Shown here: positions 19,094 to 28,812 of the stretch, one piece after another
Layout: the number at the start of each line of letters is the position of its first letter
How positions within the stretch are numbered: position 1 is the stretch's first letter
Origin: Sphingomonas sp.
Lineage (GTDB): Bacteria; Pseudomonadota; Alphaproteobacteria; Sphingomonadales; Sphingomonadaceae
Assembly (NCBI RefSeq): GCF_024508665.1
Contig: NZ_JANINP010000002.1
Span: 36,598-100,597, forward strand
Direction of reading: 5' to 3'
Length of the DNA stretch: 64,000 bases
Notes under the pieces: generated by a model
The model's database searches: none
Told to the model about the DNA's origin: nothing
The model's input: the letters and a program-made list of their open reading frames with translations, nothing else
Program-made: the position numbers and the translations under genes

Positions 19094-19411
19094 ATGGATA
19101 TTGTCGTGAGTTTGTTGGCGCTCGCGCCGTTCATGGCAGCACAAGGCGCAGCCATCTTCGCCACGGCTTTTCTCTCTGCGCTCCTATTGCGTACAAACAC
19201 GGCTCCATCCAAGATCTTGCAGATGGGCCTATCGTGGCTGGGGTGGGTTGTCCTCACAATCGGTGGCTACATGCTGCTCGGCGGCGAAGGTGGCCTTATG
19301 GACGGGTTTGGGCTTATCCTGATGCTCTGCTCTATGTCGGTCATCCCGACAACAATCTGCACAGTCGTCTGGGTAATCTGGCCTAAGGTCCAGCTCAAAG
19401 CACAGAACTGA
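19094..19411 (+). CDS. hypothetical membrane protein (105 aa)
   Basis: Three to four hydrophobic segments; fills the gap between thioesterase and mnmA; codon usage looks more AT-rich than the neighbours. Confidence 0.6.
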   Translation: MDIVVSLLALAPFMAAQGAAIFATAFLSALLLRTNTAPSKILQMGLSWLGWVVLTIGGYMLLGGEGGLMDGFGLILMLCSMSVIPTTICTVVWVIWPKVQLKAQN

Positions 19412-19420
19412 ACGGCCCGC

Positions 19421-20533
19421 TTACGCGGCCAGCGTTGCTTCCGCCGCCTGCGTCTCTTCGATCCAGCCACCGCCAAGCACGCGATCGCCGGCATAAAGCA
19501 CCGCCGCCTGCCCCGGCGCCACTCCATATTCGAGGCTATCGAACAGCACTCTATCGCCGGAGATTCGCGCCGGCACCGGCTTGGCGAGGCTACGGACTTT
19601 GGCGCTGACCGGGCCGCTATAATCGCCGCCAAGCCAGTTGATGTCTGACAGCCGCGCCGAGGCGACGCCGAGCGCGGCACGCGGGCCGACGATCACTCGG
19701 CGCGTCGCTGGATCGAGCCTTACGACGTAGAGTGGTTCGGGGCTGCCACCGATCTCGAGCCCGCGGCGCTGGCCGATGGTGAAGTGGATCAGGCCCTTAT
19801 GCTCGCCGAGCTTGCGGCCGGCGAGGTCGACGATGTCGCCACCGGCTTCCGCCTCGGGCCGCAACTTCTTGACCAGGCTCGCATAATCGCCGTCGGGAAC
19901 GAAGCAGATGTCCTGACTGTCGGGCTTCGCGGCAACGCCTAACCCCAGTTCGGCGGCAAGTTCGCGCACGCGCGGCTTGGGCAGACCGCCCAACGGAAAG
20001 CGCAGGAAATCAAGCTGGTCCTGCGTGGTAGCGAACAGGAAATAGCTCTGATCGCGCGCCGGATCAGCCGCGCGGTGGAGTTCGGCTCCCTCGGCTCCCT
20101 CTACGCGGCGGACATAATGGCCGGTCGCGAGGCAGTCGGCGCCGAGGTCGCGCGCCAGTCGGAACAGGTCGGTGAACTTGGGACCCATATTGCAACGGAC
20201 GCAGGGAATCGGCGTGCGTCCCGCGACATATTCGTCGGCGAACTGATCGATCACCGCATCGCGAAACGCGCTTTCATGATCGTGCACGTAATGCGCGATG
20301 CCGAGCCGGTCGCATACCGCCCGCGCATCGCGGATGTCGCGTCCGGCACAGCAACTGCCGGCGCGCCCCACCGCCTCGCCATGGTCGTAGAGCTGGAGCG
20401 TGATGCCGATCGTTTCCGCCCCCGACCGCGCGGCGAGCGCGGCCACGACCGACGAATCGACTCCGCCGGACATGGCGACGACGATGCGCTTTCCCGACAG
20501 ATCGGGGCCCAGTTGGAAGTCGGCTTCGGTCAT
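19421..20533 (-). CDS. mnmA: tRNA 2-thiouridine(34) synthase MnmA
   Basis: [56 protein letters not shown]. Confidence 0.98.
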   Translation of the reverse strand: MTEADFQLGPDLSGKRIVVAMSGGVDSSVVAALAARSGAETIGITLQLYDHGEAVGRAGSCCAGRDIRDARAVCDRLGIAHYVHDHESAFRDAVIDQFADEYVAGRTPIPCVRCNMGPKFTDLFRLARDLGADCLATGHYVRRVEGAEGAELHRAADPARDQSYFLFATTQDQLDFLRFPLGGLPKPRVRELAAELGLGVAAKPDSQDICFVPDGDYASLVKKLRPEAEAGGDIVDLAGRKLGEHKGLIHFTIGQRRGLEIGGSPEPLYVVRLDPATRRVIVGPRAALGVASARLSDINWLGGDYSGPVSAKVRSLAKPVPARISGDRVLFDSLEYGVAPGQAAVLYAGDRVLGGGWIEETQAAEATLAA

Positions 20534-20684
20534 TGCTGTACGGCGCTCAATAGGGATGCCGGCGCCATTTGCCTAGGCGATCGCCCGGATTCGCGAAGTT
20601 AAACGGTCGCGAACACCGTCTTTACCGACCTTTAGGGCAAAATGGGTACACCCTCGATTCTGTTGAAACGCGGGTGGGTAAAGC

Positions 20685-20912
20685 GTGGACCTGAGCTATC
20701 TGAGATTCGATCACGACGCGTCAGTCGCGGTGCTGCCACCCGACCTGGCCGTCTTGATGGTCGGCATCTCGGCACGCCAGGCGGCGAGCCCGACCGCGCT
20801 CATTCAGACTCGGCAATTTACACGAGTGATTGAATCCTCGGCATTCTTCCCGGCCTCAGGCGCATTCGACGCGCAAGTCGCGGCACGGATCGCGGATTGG
20901 GGCCAAGAATGA
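20685..20912 (+). CDS. hypothetical protein (75 aa) upstream of sciP
   Basis: GTG start after GGGTAAAG; protein-like composition (MDLSYLRFDHDASVAVL). Not confirmed by homology. Confidence 0.45.
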   Translation: MDLSYLRFDHDASVAVLPPDLAVLMVGISARQAASPTALIQTRQFTRVIESSAFFPASGAFDAQVAARIADWGQE

Positions 20913-21015
20913 AGGACGTGTTTACCTAGACGCTTCAATGGATGTTCAAGTCCGGCCGCTAACGGTCGTTTTAGCCAAAGTGAGTGGGGGCCCCCCGCCC
21001 CAATCGAGGTAGTGA

Positions 21016-21315
21016 ATGATTGAGAACCAGAAAATACGCCCTGCCAAGGTGATCGGCCCCCTCGGGGAGCCGCTGACTCTCGAGACGCTGCCTCCAGCGG
21101 ATACGACGCGCTGGGTCGTGCGTCGCAAGGCAGAGGTCGTGGCTGCGGTCAATGGCGGCTTGCTGAGCGTCGATGAAGTGTGCGACCGCTACAATCTGAC
21201 CGTCGAGGAATTCGCTGGCTGGCAGCGCGCCATCGACCGTTCGGGCATGCCCGGGCTGCGCGTGACGCGCATCCAGCACTATAAGAGCCTCTACGAGCGC
21301 CAGCAGAAATACTGA
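21016..21315 (+). CDS. sciP: CtrA inhibitor SciP (DUF1153)
   Basis: VIGPLGEPLTLETLPP..T.RWVVRRKAEVVAAV.GGLLS..E.C.RY.LT.EEF..WQ..G..GLR.TRIQ.Y; conserved position next to mnmA. Confidence 0.93.
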   Translation: MIENQKIRPAKVIGPLGEPLTLETLPPADTTRWVVRRKAEVVAAVNGGLLSVDEVCDRYNLTVEEFAGWQRAIDRSGMPGLRVTRIQHYKSLYERQQKY

Positions 21316-21401
21316 GCACCGCGCGGAAATCGGCTGCCGTTTTTTTCGCAGAAAAAATGCGCCGACAAGAATCGAGTCGCCCGCGGCAACAAAACGGAAG
21401 C

Positions 21402-21427
21402 GGAACAAACCAGCTCATTGGAGCGTC
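21402..21427 (+). promoter_or_regulatory. possible EcfG (general stress sigma) promoter GGAAC-N17-CGTC
   Basis: GGAAC at 21402-21406 and CGTC at 21424-21427, one mismatch from GGAAC-N16/17-CGTT; lies upstream of a GlsB/YeaQ stress-membrane gene. Confidence 0.35.
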
Positions 21428-21452
21428 GTAACCCGGAAGGATCCGGCCGTTC

Positions 21453-21737
21453 GTGGCCGGGCAGGAACCGGAGGGTTGCATGCTTGAAGCCATCATCATC
21501 TGGCTCGTCGTCGGTGGTCTCGCGGGTTGGCTCGCCAGCCTCGTGGTCCGCGGCGGCGGGTCGGGCATTCTCGTCAATATCGTCGTCGGGATCGTCGGCG
21601 CCGTGATCGCCGGCTTGCTGTTCGGTGCCGGGATCAACGATGCCATCACCATCAATACGTTCATCTATTCGGTGTTGGGGGCGATCATCCTGCTCGCGAT
21701 CCTCCACCTGATCAATCGCGGCCGGCTGGCTCGCTGA
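21453..21737 (+). CDS. GlsB/YeaQ/YmgE family stress response membrane protein
   Basis: IIWLVVGGLAGWLAS, NIVVGIVGAVIAG, SVLGAIILL. Start may be the ATG at 21480. Confidence 0.88.
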   Translation: MAGQEPEGCMLEAIIIWLVVGGLAGWLASLVVRGGGSGILVNIVVGIVGAVIAGLLFGAGINDAITINTFIYSVLGAIILLAILHLINRGRLAR

Positions 21738-21751
21738 TCGACAGATAACGG

Positions 21752-21784
21752 AGGGCCGCTCCCGTCGCCGGGAGCGGCCCTTTT
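21752..21784 (+). terminator. intrinsic terminator
   Basis: AGGGCCGCTCCC-GTCGCC-GGGAGCGGCCCT followed by TTT, between convergent genes. Confidence 0.85.
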
Positions 21785-21787
21785 CGT

Positions 21788-22513
21788 TTATTTGAGCAGG
21801 AACCGCACCGTGATGGTTACGGTGACGTCGCTCTCGCCGGGCATGACCTGGGTGTCCGCCGCCTTGGCCGCGGCCATGCGATAGACCGGCATCGGAGGTG
21901 GCGGTCCGGCAATTTCTCCACCTTCGGCGATCGTCAGGATGCGCGATACCGACAGGCCCGCGGCTTTGGCATAAAGCAGCGCGCGCGCCTGGGCGCGCTT
22001 GACCGCGTCGACACGCGCTTCGTCGAGGGCGGCATCCGGCTGGTCGAGCGAGAGATTGGGTCCTTCGATCTGGTTGGCGCCCTGCGCTACCAACGCATCG
22101 AGAATTGCACCGGATTTGGCGATGTCGCGAAAGCGAATCGAGACGGTGTTGGTCGCCTGATAGCCGGTGATGACCGGCGGCTTGTTGTCCTCATAGCGAT
22201 ATTGCGGCTGCAGCGAGACATTGGCGGTCGCGATATCGCGCGGCTGGATACCCGCGCGCTTCAGCGCCGACAGGACCGCGCTCATGCGGTTGGCATTGTC
22301 CGAAAGTGCCGCCGCGGCAGTCGGCGCCTGGGTGACGACACCGGCGCGGATCGTCGCCAGATCGGGAACGCGCGTAGTCTTTCCGGTCGCGGTAATGTCG
22401 AGCAACGTCCCGTCCGGGATCATCGCCGGCGCGACGGGCATCGTCTGCGCGAGCGCGGGAGCAACCGCGATCGATGACAGGGTGATGACGACGGCAGTGG
22501 CAAGCAAACGCAT
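21788..22513 (-). CDS. SIMPL domain (DUF541) periplasmic protein
   Basis: Signal peptide; PDLATIRAGV, NANRMSAVLSALK, ITGYQATNTV, ANQIEGPNLSL, PGESDVTVTITVRF. Confidence 0.92.
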   Translation of the reverse strand: MRLLATAVVITLSSIAVAPALAQTMPVAPAMIPDGTLLDITATGKTTRVPDLATIRAGVVTQAPTAAAALSDNANRMSAVLSALKRAGIQPRDIATANVSLQPQYRYEDNKPPVITGYQATNTVSIRFRDIAKSGAILDALVAQGANQIEGPNLSLDQPDAALDEARVDAVKRAQARALLYAKAAGLSVSRILTIAEGGEIAGPPPPMPVYRMAAAKAADTQVMPGESDVTVTITVRFLLK

Positions 22514-22610
22514 ATGTCCTCCAGACATGACGGATCATTCCGTCCTTGGCGGCCGTGCCACAGGGCGGACTACACCAACCTGAACGAGGTCGCGACCTTA
22601 TGCGAATGCA

Positions 22611-22871
22611 CTATACGCGACGGTTGACCACCAGCCTGTACAAAGCGAGCAGCACGATCGCACCGGCCGTCGCCGCTGCGTAGTTCTGCCAGCCGCCGAC
22701 CAACGTCCAGTTCATCGTCTGCGCGACGAAGCCAGCCAGCAACGCGCCGGCGATGCCGATCAGGATCGTGACGATGAACCCGCCGGGATCCTTGCCCGGC
22801 ATCACGAACTTGCCGAGAACTCCGGCGACGAGGCCGATCAGCAACCAACCTAGAATCGATCTTTCGGGCAT
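22611..22871 (-). CDS. GlsB/YeaQ/YmgE family membrane protein (second paralog)
   Basis: GGAGGG RBS then MPERSILGWLLIGLVAGVLGKFVMPGKDPGGFIVTILIGIAGA. Confidence 0.9.
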   Translation of the reverse strand: MPERSILGWLLIGLVAGVLGKFVMPGKDPGGFIVTILIGIAGALLAGFVAQTMNWTLVGGWQNYAAATAGAIVLLALYRLVVNRRV

Positions 22872-22970
22872 CGAACTTCCCTCCTTACCGCCTCTTTGAC
22901 GGCGGTGCCGCATCGTCCGCCCAAAGCGGCGGCAAATGCAACCGTTTCCGACACGAAATAATGTTGCGGA

Positions 22971-22999
22971 TTGCGATTCGCGGCCGAAAAAGACATTAT
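22971..22999 (+). promoter_or_regulatory. sigma70-type promoter candidate TTGCGA-N17-CATTAT
   Basis: -35 at 22971-22976 and -10 at 22994-22999, in an AT-rich patch upstream of the RND operon. Confidence 0.45.
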
Positions 23000-23008
23000 A
23001 AAAGTAGC

Positions 23009-23040
23009 GCACCGAGCCTCTTGAGGTCGGTGCTTTATTT
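23009..23040 (+). terminator. terminator-like hairpin in the RND leader
   Basis: GCACCGA(G)CCTC-TT-GAGG-TCGGTGC followed by TTTATTT. Confidence 0.55.
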
Positions 23041-23079
23041 CTATAATACAGTTCCAACGGAGGCCCTGATGGTGCCTCA

Positions 23080-24288
23080 ATGACAGGGCACATGGGGATC
23101 GTGGCTGACATGAATTACGAGTCGAGCGGCATGTACGCGCTCACCGACGAAACCGCGGCGCCGCGCCGCCGTTGGCTGGTCCTGGCAGGGATCGGTGCGG
23201 TCATCGTCGTGCTGATCGTCGCTTTCTTCATGATGCGCCCCGCCGCCAAGCCCGCGGCCGGAACCGGCGGAACGACCGCAAGCGGCGCGCCCGCGGATCA
23301 GATGCCCACCGTATCGGTGGGGTCGCCCGGGCGTAACTCGGTCGATCGCATGGTGTCGGCAACGGGATCGCTCGCCGCGCGCGTCGATATGCCCGTCGGC
23401 GTCGCCGGCGAAGGCGGTCGAGTGACCGCGGTACTGGTGCAGCCGGGCCAATGGGTCGCCGCCGGCCAGGTGCTCGCGACCGTCGACCGCTCGGTCCAGG
23501 TGCAGACCGCGAGCAGCCTTGCCGCGTCGATCGCGGTAGCCAAGTCGGATGCCGCCATCGCCCAGAGCGAATATAATCGCGCCCAGGCGCTGGTCGACCG
23601 TGGCTTCATCTCCAAGGCCGATCTCGAACGCAAGGGAGCGACGCTCGCGGCAGCCAATGCCAGGGTGAAGGTCGCGCAGGCCCAGCTCGCCGAGACGCAG
23701 GCGCGCAACGGCCGGCTCGACATCCGTGCTCCGGCGGCTGGGCTCGTGCTGGCGCGCATGGTGGAGCCGGGCCAAATCGTCAGTTCGGGTTCGGGCACGC
23801 TTTTCCGCATGGCCAAGGGTGGCGAGATGGAACTCAAGGCCGAAGTGGCGGAGGGCGACATCAAGGGCATATCTGTCGGCTCGCGCGCCCAGGTCACGCC
23901 GGTCGGCGGCAGTCAGTCGTTCGCCGGCCAGGTGTGGCAGCTGCCCCCGGTCATCGATCCGCAGTCTCGCCGCGGGATCGTCCGCATCGCGATCCCGTTC
24001 GACGCCACGTTGCGCCCCGGCGGCTTCGCCTCGGCAACGATCTATGGCGGCGCGAACACGTCGCCGATCCTGCCCAATTCGGCGATCCAGACCGACGCCA
24101 GCGGCAATTTCGTCTATATCCTGGGTAAGGACGACAAGGTCGAGCGCCGCGCGATCAAGACCGGCGAAGTCACCGATCGCGGCGTCGCCATCGTCCAGGG
24201 CCTGACCGGCGACGAGCGCGTGGTATTGTCGGCGGGCGCGTTCCTGAGCCCCGGCCAGAAGGTCAAGCCCCAGCTGCGCAAGCTTTGA
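23080..24288 (+). CDS. RND efflux periplasmic adaptor subunit
   Basis: N-terminal TM anchor, lipoyl-like (GGRVTAVLVQPGQWVAAGQVLA) and hairpin segments, IRAPAAGLV, LRPGGFA. Start may be 23110. Confidence 0.93.
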   Translation: MTGHMGIVADMNYESSGMYALTDETAAPRRRWLVLAGIGAVIVVLIVAFFMMRPAAKPAAGTGGTTASGAPADQMPTVSVGSPGRNSVDRMVSATGSLAARVDMPVGVAGEGGRVTAVLVQPGQWVAAGQVLATVDRSVQVQTASSLAASIAVAKSDAAIAQSEYNRAQALVDRGFISKADLERKGATLAAANARVKVAQAQLAETQARNGRLDIRAPAAGLVLARMVEPGQIVSSGSGTLFRMAKGGEMELKAEVAEGDIKGISVGSRAQVTPVGGSQSFAGQVWQLPPVIDPQSRRGIVRIAIPFDATLRPGGFASATIYGGANTSPILPNSAIQTDASGNFVYILGKDDKVERRAIKTGEVTDRGVAIVQGLTGDERVVLSAGAFLSPGQKVKPQLRKL

Positions 24289-24301
24289 GAAGGATGTTCG
24301 C

Positions 24302-27300
24302 ATGAGCTTCCGCAACATATCCGCCTGGTCGATCCGCAACCCGGTCCCCAGCCTCGTCCTGTTCTTCATGCTGACCGTCGCCGGTCTGGTCAGCTTCGCG
24401 ACGATGCAGGTCAACAACGACCCGGATATCGATTTCCCGGTCGTGATCGTCTCGGTCAGCCAGCCCGGTGCCGCGCCGACCGAACTCGAAAACCAGGTGA
24501 CGCAGAAGGTCGAGGCCGCGGTCCGCAGCCTGTCGGGCATCGACGAGATCAACTCGAACGTGACCGAGGGCAATTCGGTCACCATCGTCCAGCTCGATAT
24601 CGGCACCCCGATCGATCGCGCGGTCGAGGACGTGCGCAGCGCACTGCAGCAGATTCGCGGCAACTTGCCCGACGGCATTCTCGAGCCGCAGGTTGAGCGC
24701 GCCAACACCACCGGTAACGATCTCGCCAATTACGCCGCGATCTCGACCGACATGACGATCGAGCAGCTGAGCTGGTACATCGACAATACCGTCACCAAGG
24801 AATTGCAGTCGGTGTCGGGCATGGCGACGGTCGAGCGTAATGGCGGCGTCAGCCGTGAGATTCGCGTCAAGCTCGATCCCGACAAGCTGCAGTCGCTCGG
24901 CCTGACCGCCAGCCAGGTCAACGCCCAGCTGCGCCAGGTCAATATGAACGCCGCGGGCGGCCGCGCCGAGATCGCCGGCTCCGAACAGACGGTGCGCGTG
25001 CTCGGCAATGCCAAGGACGCCTATGCGCTTGGTCAGACGCAGATTTCGGTCGGCGGCGGCCGCATGGTGCGCCTGACCGATATCGCGACCGTGGTCGACC
25101 AATTCGCCGAACAGCGCTCGGCCTCGCAGCTGAACGGTGCGCAGGTGATCTCGTTTGACTTCCAACGCGCCAAGGGCGCGTCGGACGTCACCGTGTTCCA
25201 TGGCGCCGAGAAGAAGCTCGCCGAGCTCGAAAAGAAGAACCCCAAGGTCAAGTTCAAGCTGATCTTCAACAACGTCCAATATGCCGAGATGCAATATCAC
25301 TCGGCGATGGAAGCGATGTACGAAGGCGCGGGTCTTGCCGTCCTGGTCGTGTTCCTGTTCCTGCGCGACTGGCGCGCGACCGCGATCTCGGCGCTGGCCA
25401 TCCCGTTGTCGGCCATCCCGACCTTCTTCGTGATGCAGCAGCTGGGCTTCACGCTCAACCAGATGACCTTGCTCGCGCTGAGCCTGGTCGCCGGCGTGCT
25501 GGTCGACGACGCGATCGTCGAGATCGAGAATATCGTCCGGCACATGCGCATGGGCAAGACCGCCTATCAGGCGGCGATCGACGCGGCCGACGAGATCGGT
25601 CTCGCGGTGCTCGCCACCACCATGTCGATCGTCGCGGTGTTCCTGCCGGTCGGCCTGATGCCGGGCGTTTCGGGTCAGTTCTTCAAGAATTTTGGCCTGA
25701 CCGTCGTCGCCTCGGTGCTGATGTCGCTGGCGGTGGCGCGTCTTCTGACGCCGATGATCGCGGCCTATTTCCTCAAGGCCAAGGGTCATGCCGCGCACGG
25801 CGAAGGCCGGCTGATGAATTGGTATATGGCGGCTTTGCGCTGGACGCTGCGCCATCGCTGGTCGTCGATCGTGGCGGGCGCGGTGGCATTGGCAATGACG
25901 GTGCTCTTTTTTGCCATCCTGCCGCAATCGTTCCAGCCCGACCAGGATCAGGACGCATCGACCGCAAGCATCGAAATGGTGCCGGGCACGACGCTCGCCC
26001 AGACTCAGGCGGTGGTCGACAAGGTCGCGGCCATCCTCAAGAAGCAGCCGCAGGTCGAGGACGTTTACTCGCGTGCCTTTGTCGGTAACGGCCGCGTGAC
26101 CGCGATCTTCAAGAAGGACAAGGATCTCAAGAGCGTCCAGTTCGAGCGCCAGCTGGCGCCGACCCTGGCCGCGATCCCCGACGCGCGCGTTTCATTCCGC
26201 TCGCAGCAGGGTTGGGGATCGAGCGGGCGCGACCTCACCATCGTGCTGGGTGGCGACGACCCCAAATTGTTGACCTCCACCGCGCAGACGATCGTGCAAC
26301 AGCTGTCGAAGCTGAAATCGGTCACCGCGCCGCGTATCCAGGGCGACTTGCAGCAGCCCGAATTGGTGGTCAGCCCGCGGTTCGACCTTGCCGCAAACCT
26401 GGGCGTGACGACGCAAGCGCTGTCGAGCGCGGTACGCCTCGCCACCTTGGGCGACATCGATCAGAACAAGGCGAAATTCTCGCTCAGCGATCGCCAGGTC
26501 CCGATCACCGTCGCGCTCGAGCAATCGGCACGCGCAAGGATGGCGACGATCGAGAACATCCCGGTAGCGACGATCAACGGCGGCTCGGTGCCGCTGTCGA
26601 CCGTCGCCGATATCGGCTTCGGCGCCAGCCCGTCGAAGATCGAACGCGTGCAGCTGCAGCGCCAGCTGACGATCGGCGCCGATCTGGGTCTCAACCCCAA
26701 GACCGGCAAGCCGTTGGTGTCGGGCCAGGCGTGGAAGGAAATCAACGCGCTGCCGATCATGCAGCACCTGCCCAATGGCGTACAGCAGCTGACGCTCGGC
26801 CAGGCCAAATGGCAGGCCGAGATGATCAACAACTTCCTGGTCGCGGTGGTCGCCGGCGTGTTCCTGGTCTTCGCCGTGCTGGTGCTGCTCTATCGCCGCG
26901 TCCTGCCGCCGTTCGTCAATATGGGCTCGCTGCTGCTGGCGCCGCTTGGCGGGTTGATCGCCTTGTGGATCGCCGGTCAGCCGATCTCGATGCCGGTCTA
27001 TATCGGCTTGCTGATGCTGATCGGCATCGTCGCCAAGAACTCGATCCTGCTGATCGACTTCGCGCTCGAAGAGATGGCCAAGGGCGTGCCCAGCCTGGCG
27101 GCGATCGAGGATGCCGGGCACAAGCGCGCGCAGCCGATCGTGATGACCACCGTCGCGATGGTCGCGGGCATGGTGCCGACCGCGGTGTCTCTGTCGGGCG
27201 ACGCCTCGTGGCGCGCGCCCATGGGCATCGTCGTGATCGGAGGTCTGATCCTGTCGACCGCGCTGACCTTGCTGATCGTGCCGGCAAGCTTCAGCCTGGC

Positions 27301-27454
27301 GATCGGAATCGAGGAATGGGCCGGACCGTGGCTGCGCCGCGTGTTGCTGACCTATCGTCCCGGCGACGACAGCCGGCCGGTGCTCGCGCATCCCGATGCG
27401 CCCAAGCCGATCGGCTACGACCATGGCGAGCAGGGGCCGCAACCGGCCGAATGA
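24302..27454 (+). CDS. RND efflux permease (AcrB/AcrD/AcrF family)
   Basis: 1050 aa; PDIDFP, GVLVDDAIVEIENI, GIVAKNSILLIDF, RAQPIVMTT. Confidence 0.97.
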   Translation: MSFRNISAWSIRNPVPSLVLFFMLTVAGLVSFATMQVNNDPDIDFPVVIVSVSQPGAAPTELENQVTQKVEAAVRSLSGIDEINSNVTEGNSVTIVQLDIGTPIDRAVEDVRSALQQIRGNLPDGILEPQVERANTTGNDLANYAAISTDMTIEQLSWYIDNTVTKELQSVSGMATVERNGGVSREIRVKLDPDKLQSLGLTASQVNAQLRQVNMNAAGGRAEIAGSEQTVRVLGNAKDAYALGQTQISVGGGRMVRLTDIATVVDQFAEQRSASQLNGAQVISFDFQRAKGASDVTVFHGAEKKLAELEKKNPKVKFKLIFNNVQYAEMQYHSAMEAMYEGAGLAVLVVFLFLRDWRATAISALAIPLSAIPTFFVMQQLGFTLNQMTLLALSLVAGVLVDDAIVEIENIVRHMRMGKTAYQAAIDAADEIGLAVLATTMSIVAVFLPVGLMPGVSGQFFKNFGLTVVASVLMSLAVARLLTPMIAAYFLKAKGHAAHGEGRLMNWYMAALRWTLRHRWSSIVAGAVALAMTVLFFAILPQSFQPDQDQDASTASIEMVPGTTLAQTQAVVDKVAAILKKQPQVEDVYSRAFVGNGRVTAIFKKDKDLKSVQFERQLAPTLAAIPDARVSFRSQQGWGSSGRDLTIVLGGDDPKLLTSTAQTIVQQLSKLKSVTAPRIQGDLQQPELVVSPRFDLAANLGVTTQALSSAVRLATLGDIDQNKAKFSLSDRQVPITVALEQSARARMATIENIPVATINGGSVPLSTVADIGFGASPSKIERVQLQRQLTIGADLGLNPKTGKPLVSGQAWKEINALPIMQHLPNGVQQLTLGQAKWQAEMINNFLVAVVAGVFLVFAVLVLLYRRVLPPFVNMGSLLLAPLGGLIALWIAGQPISMPVYIGLLMLIGIVAKNSILLIDFALEEMAKGVPSLAAIEDAGHKRAQPIVMTTVAMVAGMVPTAVSLSGDASWRAPMGIVVIGGLILSTALTLLIVPASFSLAIGIEEWAGPWLRRVLLTYRPGDDSRPVLAHPDAPKPIGYDHGEQGPQPAE

Positions 27455-27510
27455 TGGCCGGATGCAAAAGGGAGCTTGAACAATCCCGGCTTTGAGGGAT
27501 TGTTTCGGGT

Positions 27511-28779
27511 ATGAAGCTGGCGCGACTGTCCGTTACCGGCCCGGCGGCCGCGCCCCCTGCCCTCAGGCGAATGCGCCTGGTCGCCACCGCCTTATTGGTG
27601 GCGATGGCTGCTTTGTACCTGACCGCGCGCGAGTTGGGCGGTCATCACCCCGCCTGGGGTTTCGTCCGCGCCTTTGCCGAGGCGGCGATGGTCGGCGGGC
27701 TGGCCGATTGGTTCGCAGTGACCGCGTTGTTCCGCCACCCGCTCGGCCTGCCGATCCCGCACACCGCTATCGTGCCGAGGAACAAGGACCGGATCGGCGA
27801 CACGCTCGCGCAATTCCTGCGCGATAATTTCCTCGTCCCCCGCGTCGTCGCCCGGCGCATGCAGCGCGTGGACGTCGCCGGTACGGCGGGCCGCTGGCTG
27901 GCAAGTCCGAAGGGCGCGAGCGAGGGGCGGCTAAGGCGCGGGGCGTCACGGCTGGCCGCCGACATCCTCGAATCGCTCGACCAGGAACGGTTGGGCGGGA
28001 TGGTGCGGACGACCCTGGCGCAGCGCCTGCGCTCGCTCGAAATCTCGCCGCTCCTGGGCAATGCGTTGAGCGCCGCGATCGCCGACAATCGCCACGTACC
28101 TTTGCTCGACGGCATCATCAAATGGGCGGCCAAGGTGCTGTCGGCCAACGAACCGGTGATCCGCGCGATGGTGCACGAACGCGCCGGATCGCTGATGCGC
28201 TGGACCGGCCTGGACGAGACGCTGGCCAACAAGATCATCGCCGGGCTCGACGGCATGATCCAGGACATGGCGTCGCAACCCGACCATCCGTTGCGTGCCA
28301 AGGCGGAAGAAGGCCTGGCGCAACTCGCTTACGATTTGCAGCACGATGCGACGATGCGCGCGCGAGTCGAGGGGTTCAAGGCGGAGATGCTCGACAATCC
28401 TGCTTTGTCGGACTGGTGGCAGGGCATCTGGGAACAGATGCGCGGCGCGATGCTCAAGATCGCGCGCGATCCCGACGCGATGATGGCCGGCCGGTTCGGC
28501 GAGGCGCTGCACCAGCTTGGCACCACCTTGCAGGAAGATGCCGAGCTCGCCAACACGATCAACCGCTTCGCCCGCCGCGCCGCGGTCGGCACCGCCGCCG
28601 ATTATGGCGACGCGATCGTTCGATTGGTGTCGGAAACGGTGCGTGGATGGGACGCACAGACGATCACGCGGCGGCTGGAGAATGCGGTTGGCCGTGACCT
28701 GCAATATATCCGCATCAACGGCACTTTGGTCGGCGGCCTGGTCGGGCTCGTCATCCATACGGTGGATGTGTTGCTGTAG
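27511..28779 (+). CDS. DUF445 domain protein
   Basis: AEAAMVGGLADWFAVTALFRHPLGLPIPHTAI, GRDLQYIRINGTLVGGLVG. Confidence 0.95.
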   Translation: MKLARLSVTGPAAAPPALRRMRLVATALLVAMAALYLTARELGGHHPAWGFVRAFAEAAMVGGLADWFAVTALFRHPLGLPIPHTAIVPRNKDRIGDTLAQFLRDNFLVPRVVARRMQRVDVAGTAGRWLASPKGASEGRLRRGASRLAADILESLDQERLGGMVRTTLAQRLRSLEISPLLGNALSAAIADNRHVPLLDGIIKWAAKVLSANEPVIRAMVHERAGSLMRWTGLDETLANKIIAGLDGMIQDMASQPDHPLRAKAEEGLAQLAYDLQHDATMRARVEGFKAEMLDNPALSDWWQGIWEQMRGAMLKIARDPDAMMAGRFGEALHQLGTTLQEDAELANTINRFARRAAVGTAADYGDAIVRLVSETVRGWDAQTITRRLENAVGRDLQYIRINGTLVGGLVGLVIHTVDVLL

Positions 28780-28812
28780 GGCTTTGCCCCCTCCTGTGCA
28801 TGCGAACCGGCT

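Noticed and set aside
20598-20975. Canonical CtrA box upstream of sciP
   Set aside because: No full TTAA-N7-TTAA found; only degenerate half-sites, so not called as a feature.
23009-23040. GCACCGAG...TCGGTGCTTT resembles the 3' hairpin of the S. pyogenes tracrRNA
   Set aside because: Short match only; no cas genes, array or anti-repeat in the window.
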